Of a stretch of 64,000 nt of DNA, positions 35,679 to 43,840 are shown piece after piece (position 1 is the stretch's first letter; every line of letters begins with the position of its first letter). A program made the translations under genes and the position numbers. The stretch comes from Planctomycetota bacterium (GTDB taxonomy: Bacteria > Planctomycetota > B15-G4): the NCBI GenBank assembly GCA_052387675.1, contig JBQTIY010000007.1:68691-132690 (forward strand), in the 5' to 3' direction. The notes beneath the pieces were generated by a model. It ran no database searches. It was not told the origin of the DNA and saw only the letters and a program-made list of their open reading frames with translations.

Positions 35679-37372
35679 AATGCAGCACACCACGGCTCGC
35701 GAGGCGCTCGCTCTGGATGAGCGGAGCCGCTCTCGCCCCGGTGCTTGCCCTGCTGATCGCCGCGACGCCCGGTGATCCCATCGTCAGCCACTACTCGGTG
35801 GCCGCGCCCGAGACCAAGCTCGCCCTGCGCGACCTGGACGGCGACGGACGGCGCGACCTCATCGCCATTGGCTTGCCGGGCATCTCCTGGCGGCGGCTCG
35901 GCGAGGACGGCCGACTGGCCGACAAGGATCAGTCGCTGTTCACCTGGCCCTCTGAAACCGTGGGCTGGAACCTGGCCGACCTCGACGGCGACGGCGAATC
36001 GGAAATCGTGCTCATCGTGGACGGCACGCAGGCGCTCGTCGTGCAGCCCGACGCTGCCGGCCAGCTTGTCGCCGCGCCGCTCGTGCAGACGTCGGCCGGT
36101 TTCTTGCCACGCGGCATCCGCCGCGTGAACTTCGTGCGCGATGTGGACGGCGACGGCCGGCCCGATCTCGTGCTGCCGGGCGCGAGTCGCTTCCACATCT
36201 TCTTCAATCAGGCTGGAGGCTGGTCGGCACCGCTGAGCGTGAGTTTCCAGGCCAGCATCCAAGTGGAGGCCGGCGATCCGCTGCGCGTGGACAGCCGCAT
36301 CAGCCAGGAGGTGAAGATCCCTTGGTTCACGCTGCAGGACGTGGACGGCGACAGCCTGGTGGACCTGGTCTCCGAAACGGACGACGAGGTGCAGTTCCAC
36401 ATCGCGAAGCCCACGCTGCCCGAGCAGCCCACCTGGCGGCTGGACCTGGCGGCGCTCAAAGAGGGCCTCGAGCGCCCGGCGCGCATCAACCTCGACGATC
36501 TGCTCGCCAATGTTGAGCCCCAGGTGAACTGGCGCGTCGGCGATCTCGATCGCGAGGCGCCGCACGACTTGGTCTTGCAGCAGGGCGGCAAGGTCTCGCT
36601 CTTCCTGGGTGGTTCACTGGGGCCCGACCTGGCCCACCCCGACCAGGTGCTGAAGGCCAGCGGCAACGTGCTCTACTTCCTGCTGCGCGACGTGAACCAG
36701 GACACACTGCCCGACTTGCAGTTGCTGCGCGCCGAAACGGTCTCGATCGGCGACGCGGTGCGACTGCTCATCGTGCCCGGCTCGCTGGACTTCGACGTCT
36801 TCGCCTATCACAACGAAGGCGGCAGCTTCACGCGCAAGCCCAGTGTCAGCACCACGCTCGCGCTCCGCATCCCGGCGCTGCTCTCGTTCCTCGATGACCT
36901 CGAGCAGATGCAGGACGACTACAACCAGCGCCTGGAAGTGCCCGCGCAGCCCGCGGTCTTGGACGGTGACGGCCTAGCCAACGACATCGTCGACGTGCGC
37001 GGCGACACGCTCGCCGTGTGGCAGGACCGCGTGCCGGCCGGTTTCCAGGGCAGCTTCGTCGAGAAACTCTCGGGCTTCGACGCCGACGAACTGCTCGAGG
37101 AGTACGCGCTGCGCAAACTGGATCAACTCGATGACGGCGGCACGGTGAGCATCGAGCTAAAAGACATCCGCAAGCTGCTCGTCACGCCGGGCTATGACCT
37201 GCGTGAGTCGCTGGGCAGCAGCGAGCCCGGCCGCAGCTTCCCGCTGGACTTCGCCGGCGCGGGTGCCAAGCTGCGCATCGAGGATCTGGATGGCGACGGT
37301 CGCGACGACGTCCTCGTCATCGGGCGGGACGCCGCGCTCAAGGTGCAGGTGCAGTTCTTCGTCATGCGCTGA
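35675..37372 (+). CDS. FG-GAP/VCBS-repeat beta-propeller protein (secreted), paralog 2
   Basis: ATGA overlap with the previous gene. It has a signal/anchor N-terminus. The repeats are DLDGDGRRDL, DLDGDGESEI, DVDGDGRPDL, DVDGDSLVDL and DLDGDGRDDV. Confidence 0.75.
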   Translation: MKCSTPRLARRSLWMSGAALAPVLALLIAATPGDPIVSHYSVAAPETKLALRDLDGDGRRDLIAIGLPGISWRRLGEDGRLADKDQSLFTWPSETVGWNLADLDGDGESEIVLIVDGTQALVVQPDAAGQLVAAPLVQTSAGFLPRGIRRVNFVRDVDGDGRPDLVLPGASRFHIFFNQAGGWSAPLSVSFQASIQVEAGDPLRVDSRISQEVKIPWFTLQDVDGDSLVDLVSETDDEVQFHIAKPTLPEQPTWRLDLAALKEGLERPARINLDDLLANVEPQVNWRVGDLDREAPHDLVLQQGGKVSLFLGGSLGPDLAHPDQVLKASGNVLYFLLRDVNQDTLPDLQLLRAETVSIGDAVRLLIVPGSLDFDVFAYHNEGGSFTRKPSVSTTLALRIPALLSFLDDLEQMQDDYNQRLEVPAQPAVLDGDGLANDIVDVRGDTLAVWQDRVPAGFQGSFVEKLSGFDADELLEEYALRKLDQLDDGGTVSIELKDIRKLLVTPGYDLRESLGSSEPGRSFPLDFAGAGAKLRIEDLDGDGRDDVLVIGRDAALKVQVQFFVMR

Positions 37373-37381
37373 GAGGCAGAC

Positions 37382-38875
37382 ATGATCTCCCTGCCGTGGT
37401 GGCTGCTGGTCCTGGTGCTGGCGCTCGACCTGTACGTCATCGCCCGGGCCGTCTCACGCGGGCATGGTGTCGAGGGCACGTTGGCTTGGATCTTCGCGAT
37501 CCTCGCGCTGCCCTTCTTCGGCTCGCTGGCCTACCTCGCGCTCGCCAGCCCCAGCATCCCGCGCACGGCACAGCGCAAGCGCGATCGCGCCCGCATGACG
37601 GCGCGCGCCGCTGCGCACGCGGCCCGCCGCGCGGGCACCGATCCGCCCGAGGCCTCCCTCGTGCGCCTGGTCTCGCAGCTCACCCTCATGGAGCCCACCG
37701 ACGGCAATGCCATCGAGCTGCTCTCCGAGGATCAGCGCGCCTTTGCGGACATCGAGCAGGCCCTGCGCTCGGCCAAGCATTCGCTCTGGGCCGAGTCCTA
37801 CATCATCAAGAACGACGAGACCGGCCGGCGCTTCTTCGAGTTGGCCACGGCCAAGGCGCGCGAGGGACTCGATGTGCGCGTGCTCTACGACGCGGTGGGC
37901 TCCATGGCCATCGACAAGCGGCTGCTGCGCGAACTCTCCGCAGCCGGCGGCAAAGTGGCGGCCTTCCTGCCGTTCAATCCGCTGCGGCGGCGCTGGTCGG
38001 TGCACCTGCGCAACCACCGCAAAATCATCGTGGTCGATGGCGAGGTCGGCTACACCGGCGGCATGAACATCGGCGACGAGTACTCCGGCCGGCTGCGCAA
38101 ACGCCTGGCCAAGGCCGTCGCCGGTTCACTGAAGGAATCCTTCAAGCTTGTCCCGGCCGGGACACGCGCCAAGGCGCCGCCCGAACCGGGCGTCTTCAAG
38201 GACACGCACCTCAAGCTGCGCGGCCCGGCGGTGGGTGACCTCGCGCAGGTCTTCGTGGACGACTGGGCCTTCGCCACAGAAGAGACGCTGCCGCTGCCGC
38301 CGCGCCCCGGCCCCGCACCTGACGCCTGCTGCTCGGTGGCCATCGTGCCGAGCGGCCCCGACCAGAGCCACAACGCCAACGCGCTGGCTCACTTCTCGGG
38401 CATCGCCATGGCGCAGAAGCGCGTCTGGCTCACCAGTGCCTACTTCGTGCCGGATCAAGCCACGCTCACCGCCCTCATCAGCGCGGCCCTGCGCGGCGTG
38501 GACGTGCGTGTGCTTGTCCCGCAGCGCGGCGACGTGCACCTCGTGAACGCCGCGGCGCGCAGTTACTTCCCCACCCTGCTGCGGGGCGGCGTGCGCCTCT
38601 TTCGCTACCAGCCCTCGGTGCTGCACTCCAAGAGCATGGTCGTGGACTCGCGCTGGTCGCTCGTCGGCTCGGCCAACGTGGACATCCGCAGCTTCCGGCT
38701 CAACTTCGAGGTCGGCGCGCTGGTCATCGGCGAGACCACGGCCAAGCGCCTGGAACGCCGCTTCCTCGACGACTTGAAGCTGAGCAACGAAGTCGGGCAG
38801 GAGTTCTTGGACTCGTACGGCTTCTGGCCGCGGCTGAGAGATGGCGCAGCGCGCTTGGCGTCGCCGCTGCTGTAG
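37382..38875 (+). CDS. cls: Cardiolipin synthase (PLD superfamily, two HKD motifs)
   Basis: Two N-terminal TM helices are present. The HKD motifs are HRKIIVVDGEVGYTGGMNIGDEY and LHSKSMVVDSRWSLVGSANVDIRS. The gene starts 9 nt after the previous gene. Confidence 0.93.
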   Translation: MISLPWWLLVLVLALDLYVIARAVSRGHGVEGTLAWIFAILALPFFGSLAYLALASPSIPRTAQRKRDRARMTARAAAHAARRAGTDPPEASLVRLVSQLTLMEPTDGNAIELLSEDQRAFADIEQALRSAKHSLWAESYIIKNDETGRRFFELATAKAREGLDVRVLYDAVGSMAIDKRLLRELSAAGGKVAAFLPFNPLRRRWSVHLRNHRKIIVVDGEVGYTGGMNIGDEYSGRLRKRLAKAVAGSLKESFKLVPAGTRAKAPPEPGVFKDTHLKLRGPAVGDLAQVFVDDWAFATEETLPLPPRPGPAPDACCSVAIVPSGPDQSHNANALAHFSGIAMAQKRVWLTSAYFVPDQATLTALISAALRGVDVRVLVPQRGDVHLVNAAARSYFPTLLRGGVRLFRYQPSVLHSKSMVVDSRWSLVGSANVDIRSFRLNFEVGALVIGETTAKRLERRFLDDLKLSNEVGQEFLDSYGFWPRLRDGAARLASPLL

Positions 38876-38880
38876 TTGGA

Positions 38881-39079
38881 GCGCTCAGTGCGCCCGTGGA
38901 TGGGCGCTCAGTGCGCCCGTGGATGGGCGCTCAGTGCGCCCGCAGCGGGGGCTCGGCGGCGCCGCTCAGACACCTCGCCGACTCGGCCGATGCGGCCGAG
39001 AGGTCGGCTCGGAACTCGCGGTCCGCCGACCCCCGCTGCGTCGCACGCCGCTGCACGGGGGAAAGCCGATTGGCGGACG
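38881..39079 (+). repeat. Structured intergenic repeat, copy R3 (5' hairpin module tandemly triplicated)
   Basis: It starts 5 nt after the cls stop codon. The 23-nt unit GCGCTCAGTGCGCCCGTGGATGG occupies 38881-38903 and 38904-38926, followed by the canonical element. Relative to R1 it carries a compensatory pair of substitutions in the outer stem. Confidence 0.9.
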
Positions 39080-39177
39080 CAGAGTGCTCTGCCAAAGACG
39101 GCAGAACGGCTCGGCCGTGTGGCAGACGTGACGAAGCGTCCCGTTATCCTGCGGGTCACCTGACTTTGGAGCGCTTC

Positions 39178-39684
39178 ATGAATCCCGCACGCATCATCGC
39201 GCGACTTGATAGCCACCAGGAACTTTGGCGCTCGTTGCTGTCGGGCCTGGACGAGTCGGCCGTGCGGCGCGTGCCGCCCGAGGGTGGCTGGAGCGTCCTT
39301 GTGCTCGTCGCGCACCTGGCCGATGAAGAGCGCGACGACTTTCGCGCGCGCAGCGCCAGTGTGCTGAGCGAACCGGCCGCCCCGTGGCCGCCCATTGATC
39401 CCGAAGGCTGGGTCACTTCCCGCCGCTATGCCGAGCGCTCTTGGCCCGCCGTCTTGGAGGACTTCTTGGTCGAGCGGCGCCGCTCCATCGAATGGCTCAA
39501 GAGTCGAGTCGCTTCCGACTGGTCGCTGACCCATCAGCATCCGAGCCTCGGCCCAATTCGTGCCGGCGACCTGCTGGCGTCGTGGCTCGCACATGACCTG
39601 CGCCACTTGAGCCAGGCTGCGCGCCTGCTCCACGGCGCGCTGGCGAACGACGCGGCCCCGTACTCCGTGGCCTACGCGGGCTAA
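39178..39684 (+). CDS. DinB family protein
   Basis: The start at ATG 39178 is preceded by GGAG. DinB-like His motifs are present (LVAHLADEERD, WLAHDLRHLSQ). The upstream part of the listed ORF runs through repeat R3. Confidence 0.75.
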   Translation: MNPARIIARLDSHQELWRSLLSGLDESAVRRVPPEGGWSVLVLVAHLADEERDDFRARSASVLSEPAAPWPPIDPEGWVTSRRYAERSWPAVLEDFLVERRRSIEWLKSRVASDWSLTHQHPSLGPIRAGDLLASWLAHDLRHLSQAARLLHGALANDAAPYSVAYAG

Positions 39685-39689
39685 GCCTT

Positions 39690-39705
39690 CGCGTTTTCGA
39701 ACGCG
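39690..39705 (+). terminator. Possible terminator hairpin (CGCGTT-TTCG-AACGCG)
   Basis: A perfect 6-bp stem with a UUCG-type tetraloop lies 6 nt after the DinB stop codon. No U-tract follows, so function is uncertain. Confidence 0.3.
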
Positions 39706-39768
39706 ATGCTGAGTTGGGCGCTCAGTACGCCCTACCGGCAAGCGACCACAGGCAGGCCCGGTTTCTGC

Positions 39769-40545
39769 TTAGGGCTTGATCTCTATCGGCAAGGCAATCG
39801 GAAGAATCATGGGCCCCATGACTTCAAGTCTCCACTTGGCTCTTTCCTCGTTGAAGAGCATCACCCATACGATCGGATTGGGTGCATTCACGCGCCACGT
39901 GTGTGCCAAGACAAGGGCCTGCTTGCCATCGTCACTGAACCCAACGTCCGTGAAACCGAAGAGGCCCACATTCCCCTCATCAGCCGTCACGAGCTTTAGC
40001 ATGCCGTTCAGCTCGTGCCCCAATGCAGGTCGCGCTGTGCACTCCGTCTCGATTTGGGTGGGTTCGATTTCTCGTCTGCGCTGTGCGCGCAGGACAAATG
40101 ACTCTGCCGTGTCACGTCGTAGCGTTGGCATGCCTACCGACATCAACTTACTCACAAGCAACTCAGAGCCGGATTCATTCCCTTGAGCAGGTGGTGGCAC
40201 GATCGTCAGCGTCCACCTGTAATAGAGGCACGCGCTGCCACTGCCGGCAAACAAGACTATGTTGATGCACTCCGTGTCCAACGCAGCCGACCACACAGGA
40301 TGTGGGTCCATCGGTAGTACTGGCCCTAGATCAGCAACCCCCGACGGACGCGGCGTGGCAACAACCAGCGCTGGCGCCTCGACGGACATCGGCGCAGCAA
40401 CATTCGGCTGAATGGGGCGAGAAGCGCACCCACTCGTAGATGCCGCTACAACAAGAGCCGCTGCCAGTGGCCTGACTAGCCTGCTGAGTTGGTTCTGGAT
40501 CACTCCCTTCACGCAACTGCTAAGAACCAAGGGCCTTTCGAACAA
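39769..40545 (-). CDS. Lipoprotein of unknown function in a low-GC island
   Basis: The 258-aa ORF has a signal peptide with the lipobox ASTSGC. I recognise no family. Local GC is about 53% in two hand-counted 60-nt lines, against about 67-73% elsewhere. Confidence 0.55.
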   Translation of the reverse strand: MFERPLVLSSCVKGVIQNQLSRLVRPLAAALVVAASTSGCASRPIQPNVAAPMSVEAPALVVATPRPSGVADLGPVLPMDPHPVWSAALDTECINIVLFAGSGSACLYYRWTLTIVPPPAQGNESGSELLVSKLMSVGMPTLRRDTAESFVLRAQRRREIEPTQIETECTARPALGHELNGMLKLVTADEGNVGLFGFTDVGFSDDGKQALVLAHTWRVNAPNPIVWVMLFNEERAKWRLEVMGPMILPIALPIEIKP

Positions 40546-40654
40546 CTCGTCACACTCCCAATATGAATGGACAGTGGCATGCAGCCTCGCTTGAAATGTT
40601 AACTCATCACTCCTGGCCGCGCGCTGATCGTGAACAACCGCCGCGACGCAGAAG

Positions 40655-41500
40655 TCAGCGGCGGGCGAGGGTGGCGTCCCGGGGTTCGGGGTCCTGGCAG
40701 GGCCAGCCGGCGAGGTAGCGCATGCGGATCTCGGCCGAGGCGACGTGGACGAGCGTGCTGCTCACCGTGCGCGCGTCGGCGCGATGCATGCAGACCGAGA
40801 AGGCGTCGCCCTCCGGCGCACCGGGCGCGTGACCGGCGTGGAAGTCGGCCAGATTCGCGGCGAGACGCTCGGCCGTAAGTCCGCGCTCCTGCCGCGCGTA
40901 CCACTGCTCGAAAGCCGCGCGCCGGGCCGCCGTGACGGCCTCGCGCTCAAAGGTGCTGGAGACGAGGCATTGCGGGCCGTGGAGCCGCGCGAAGCTAAGG
41001 GCCTGGCCATTCCACTCCGCCAGGAAGAGCCAGGCGAAGGCCGGACCCGGCTCGACGACGGCCAGCTTGAAGGGCTTGAAGCGCAGTTCGCCCGCTGCGT
41101 GGCGTCGCTCGAGTTCGGCGCGCACCGCGTCAGGGCGCGGATCGGCGAAGAGCTCGTTGACGAGCAGACCCCGACTCGGCGGCGCCAAGTCCGGCGTGGA
41201 CGAGTGCGCTGAGGCGCGCGGTGGATTAGCGGCCGCGTGCGAGCCGTTCGAGGCGGCGGGCTGGAGTGGCTTCGCCGGTGCCGGAGCGTCGCCGTTCAAG
41301 ACGCAGAGCGCGCGGCCTTGTTCGTCGACGCCGATCCAGGAGCCGCCGGCCTCTCCGTCGCGCGGCGCGAGCACGAGGCGCCCGCCGAGTTGGCGCGCGT
41401 AGGGCGCCAGGGCCGGCACGCGGCGCGGACTCTCGTCGCGATTGCTGGCCAGGAGATAGCCGCCCCCCACGAGTCCGGGCACGAACGTCACCGTACACAC
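40655..41500 (-). CDS. NRDE family protein (TANGO2-like, Ntn-hydrolase-like fold)
   Basis: A GTG start at 41500 gives (M)CTVTFVPGLVGGGYLLASNRDE, with the N-terminal Cys and the eponymous NRDE motif. Confidence 0.8.
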   Translation of the reverse strand: MCTVTFVPGLVGGGYLLASNRDESPRRVPALAPYARQLGGRLVLAPRDGEAGGSWIGVDEQGRALCVLNGDAPAPAKPLQPAASNGSHAAANPPRASAHSSTPDLAPPSRGLLVNELFADPRPDAVRAELERRHAAGELRFKPFKLAVVEPGPAFAWLFLAEWNGQALSFARLHGPQCLVSSTFEREAVTAARRAAFEQWYARQERGLTAERLAANLADFHAGHAPGAPEGDAFSVCMHRADARTVSSTLVHVASAEIRMRYLAGWPCQDPEPRDATLARR

Positions 41501-41507
41501 GGCGGCC

Positions 41508-42170
41508 TCAGCGCCCGGCGGCGGACGAGCGCGCCGGCCGACTCGCGGCGGGGCTTGCTGCCGACGTTGCGGTTGCGGCCGCAGTCGCGGGCGCCTTCTG
41601 CGCGGCCAGCCAGGCCACGGTGGATGGTGCCATGCCGAACTCGCGCGGAATCGCCAGGCCCTGCGCGCGGCCAAGCACTGCGATCATCGCGAAGTGATGC
41701 ACAGCGTGGCTCTGCAGGAAGAGCAACTCGCGCTCGACTTGGCTCGCGCAGCCGTCAAAGCGGCCGGCTTCGTAACTGCCCTGCTGGCGCACCTGCAGCG
41801 GCCGCGTCAGCGCCTCGGCCGGCAGAGCCCGCAGGCCCGCGATGAGCCGCTGGATGAGCGCGCCGGCCGCGCGCAGATCATGCTCGACGAGCGTGTCGCG
41901 CTCGCGCGCGTCGTAGTCGACGACGCCGCTCGGCAGGCCCTCGAGGAAAAGCCGGTAGTGATCGAGCACGTGCCGCAGGTGCGCGCCGATGCTCGCCGTG
42001 GAGAGGCGCTCCTCGATGAGCCGGTATTGGCCGGCGCTCAGCGTGGCGAGCAGCGCGCGCGCCTGTTCCAACACCGCTACGTTGGGGCCGATGGGATCGT
42101 GCTTGGCACCGATGCGATCGTGCTTCGCACCGCTGGAATCTGGCTTGGCGCTGATCGAATCGCGGCTCAT
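41508..42170 (-). CDS. DinB-like protein
   Basis: The start is ATG 42170, overlapping the stop of the upstream acyltransferase gene. DinB-type His motifs are present (IGAHLRHVLDHYRLF, LQSHAVHHFAMI). The N-terminus has a duplicated GAKHDxIG peptide. Confidence 0.65.
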   Translation of the reverse strand: MSRDSISAKPDSSGAKHDRIGAKHDPIGPNVAVLEQARALLATLSAGQYRLIEERLSTASIGAHLRHVLDHYRLFLEGLPSGVVDYDARERDTLVEHDLRAAGALIQRLIAGLRALPAEALTRPLQVRQQGSYEAGRFDGCASQVERELLFLQSHAVHHFAMIAVLGRAQGLAIPREFGMAPSTVAWLAAQKAPATAAATATSAASPAASRPARSSAAGR

Positions 42171-43012
42171 GGCGTCATCGGCCGGAAGGCCGCCAAGACT
42201 CGCCCGTGGAGCGCCGTCGCCAGGAGCTTGCGGTCGCTGCCCGAGACGGCTTCGCCGGCCCAAGAGAGCGTGGCCGTCACGCGCGGAAGTTGCATGAGTC
42301 TCCAGACGTGGGGCCCAAACGTCATGTCGCCCCACCAGCAGATTGCGACAGATGGCTCGGCCGATCCAGAGGGAGTTTCGTAACGCAGGGCCACGGGCAG
42401 GCAGGCGGCCCCTGTTTCTGCGGCGGGTTCCAGCAGTCCGGGATGAAATGGCAGCACCGTGGCGCCTGCTGTGGAAGTGCCCTCGGGGAAGACGGCCACG
42501 GCGAGGCCGCCGGCCAGCGAGCGCCGCACTTCCTCGCCCACGCGGACGAGGTCGCGCCGGCGGCTGCGGTCCACAAAGATCACGCCCGCCACGCGGGCCA
42601 GGAAGCCGATCACGGGCCAGCCGGCCACTTCGCTCTTGGCCACGAAGCGGCAATGCGCGCGGCTCGCCAGCACCGGGATGTCGAGATAACTCAGGTGATT
42701 GCACACCAGGAGCCCGCGGCCCGCTCCGCGCACCGCTTCAGGCCCGACTTCGCTCCCTGCTCCGCGCCCCACTTCGATGACGCGCACACCGAGGATGGCC
42801 AGCACCCCGAGGGCCCAGAGCCGCTGCACGGCGAGAAGCGCGCGCAGGGCCAACCGGCGCGGGGGCCGCGCGCTCGACGCGCCGAAGGGCGCCGCGAGCA
42901 GGAGCACGAGCAAGGCCGGCACGAGGAGCAGCAGCGTGAGCAGCAGCAGCGCCACGAGGCGCAGGCTGGCGCGCAGCCGACCCAGGAAGCCGCCGGCTGA
43001 TGCGCGGCTCAA
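42167..43012 (-). CDS. olsA: Lysophospholipid/lyso-ornithine-lipid acyltransferase (PlsC family), putative OlsA
   Basis: The HX4D motif (NHLSYLD) and the FPEGTST motif are present. There is a 4-nt overlap with the upstream OlsB-like gene. Confidence 0.8.
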   Translation of the reverse strand: MSRASAGGFLGRLRASLRLVALLLLTLLLLVPALLVLLLAAPFGASSARPPRRLALRALLAVQRLWALGVLAILGVRVIEVGRGAGSEVGPEAVRGAGRGLLVCNHLSYLDIPVLASRAHCRFVAKSEVAGWPVIGFLARVAGVIFVDRSRRRDLVRVGEEVRRSLAGGLAVAVFPEGTSTAGATVLPFHPGLLEPAAETGAACLPVALRYETPSGSAEPSVAICWWGDMTFGPHVWRLMQLPRVTATLSWAGEAVSGSDRKLLATALHGRVLAAFRPMTP

Positions 43013-43773
43013 GGCAGGAAGCGCTTGCGGTTTACCGGCGAGAGATCCTCGAGGTCGAGCAGCGCGAGGAAGTCGATGGTCTTGAACTGCCGGTCCATGG
43101 CCGGCTCGCTGGCGATCTTAGTGCCGATGCGCAGGTAAGCCGCGAAGAGCGGCGGCACGCCGCGCGCCACCGGGCCGGGCAGGGCCGCCTCTCCCGGCGC
43201 ATAGCAGAAGTAGTCTGGTCGCGGCGGCGCGACGAGACGCGGATGCAGGTGCTCGCCGTCGCGCAGATAGCGCCACGTGGCCTTGGCCTCCTCAGGATCC
43301 TGGCTGGTCAGCGAGCAGCAGCCGAAGAGGTAGCGCGCGTCCTGCGCCACGAGATAACTACCGAGTCCCTGCCAGAGGAGTTGCAGCACGCGCGTGTTGC
43401 GGTGCTCCTTGTGAATGCAGGCGCGGCCGATCTCGACCGCGCGCGGAAAGAGCGCGCGGAAGTCGGCCAAATCGAACTCGCCGGCGGTGTAGAGGCCAGG
43501 CGGATCCGGCGCGCGCCCGGCGGCCTGCATGCGGTACGTGCCGACGAGACTGCCGTCGCGCGTGTCCTCCACGATGAGGTGGTCGCACACGGCATCGAAG
43601 GGATCTTCGTCGTAGCCGCGGCTCCAGCTCTCTTGCAGGCCTTCGTTGAGCTCACGGTTGAAGACTTGGAAGCGCAGCTCCTGCGCGCGGCGCACTTCGG
43701 TAGATCCGTGCGCTAGGCGTGCGCGGTAGTGGCCGGTTTCGGCCAGGCCTGCGGTCCGCTCCTCGGTCGCCAT
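43009..43773 (-). CDS. olsB: GNAT-type N-acyl amino acid synthase, putative OlsB (ornithine/amino-acid lipid synthesis)
   Basis: ETGHYRARLAHGSTEVRRAQELRFQVFNRELNEG...DPFDAVCDHLIVED...LVGTYRMQ matches the OlsB/hemolysin-like GNAT (Acetyltransf_5) pattern. Confidence 0.82.
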   Translation of the reverse strand: MATEERTAGLAETGHYRARLAHGSTEVRRAQELRFQVFNRELNEGLQESWSRGYDEDPFDAVCDHLIVEDTRDGSLVGTYRMQAAGRAPDPPGLYTAGEFDLADFRALFPRAVEIGRACIHKEHRNTRVLQLLWQGLGSYLVAQDARYLFGCCSLTSQDPEEAKATWRYLRDGEHLHPRLVAPPRPDYFCYAPGEAALPGPVARGVPPLFAAYLRIGTKIASEPAMDRQFKTIDFLALLDLEDLSPVNRKRFLP

Positions 43774-43840
43774 GTCCGGTCTCCGGTGCCTCGCGGCAGG
43801 TCTTCAACATCACGGCTCACCGTCGCGCCGCTGCTTGCGC

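Noticed and set aside
34378-36565. Several long minus-strand ORFs antisense to the FG-GAP genes (34378-34977, 34512-35693 and 35096-36565).
   Set aside because: The plus-strand frames show periodic DxDGDG repeats, signal peptides and start/stop coupling. The minus-strand translations lack any such structure.
37382-38875. The PLD-superfamily protein at the end of the ABC/FG-GAP operon was considered as a possible nuclease-type defence or toxin component.
   Set aside because: It has two N-terminal TM helices, two full HKD motifs with cardiolipin-synthase-type spacing, and typical Cls length. The most economical call is a housekeeping-type cardiolipin synthase.
38881-38949. Back-to-back 23-nt direct repeats that superficially resemble the start of a CRISPR array.
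   Set aside because: There are only 2-3 units, they abut directly with no spacers, they form part of the larger dispersed repeat element, and no cas genes are present in the window.
38841-39131. ORFs running through the repeat copies translate to a recurring peptide (…RPRRGLGGAAQTPRRLGRCGREVGSELA…). The ORFs are 38841-39131, 20048-20302, 21272-21469, 47658-47861 and 56376-56573. This could be mistaken for a conserved small protein family.
   Set aside because: The conservation is at the DNA level, in a palindromic, hairpin-rich element. The ORFs have different starts, ends and frames outside the repeat core. No Shine-Dalgarno sequence or consistent start is present. The variation pattern (loop changes and a compensatory stem change) fits RNA/DNA structure rather than coding.
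39690-40650. The low-GC island was considered as a mobile element or prophage remnant.
   Set aside because: I can see no integrase, transposase, flanking direct or inverted repeats, or tRNA target. It is therefore reported only as a compositional anomaly, not as a mobile element.
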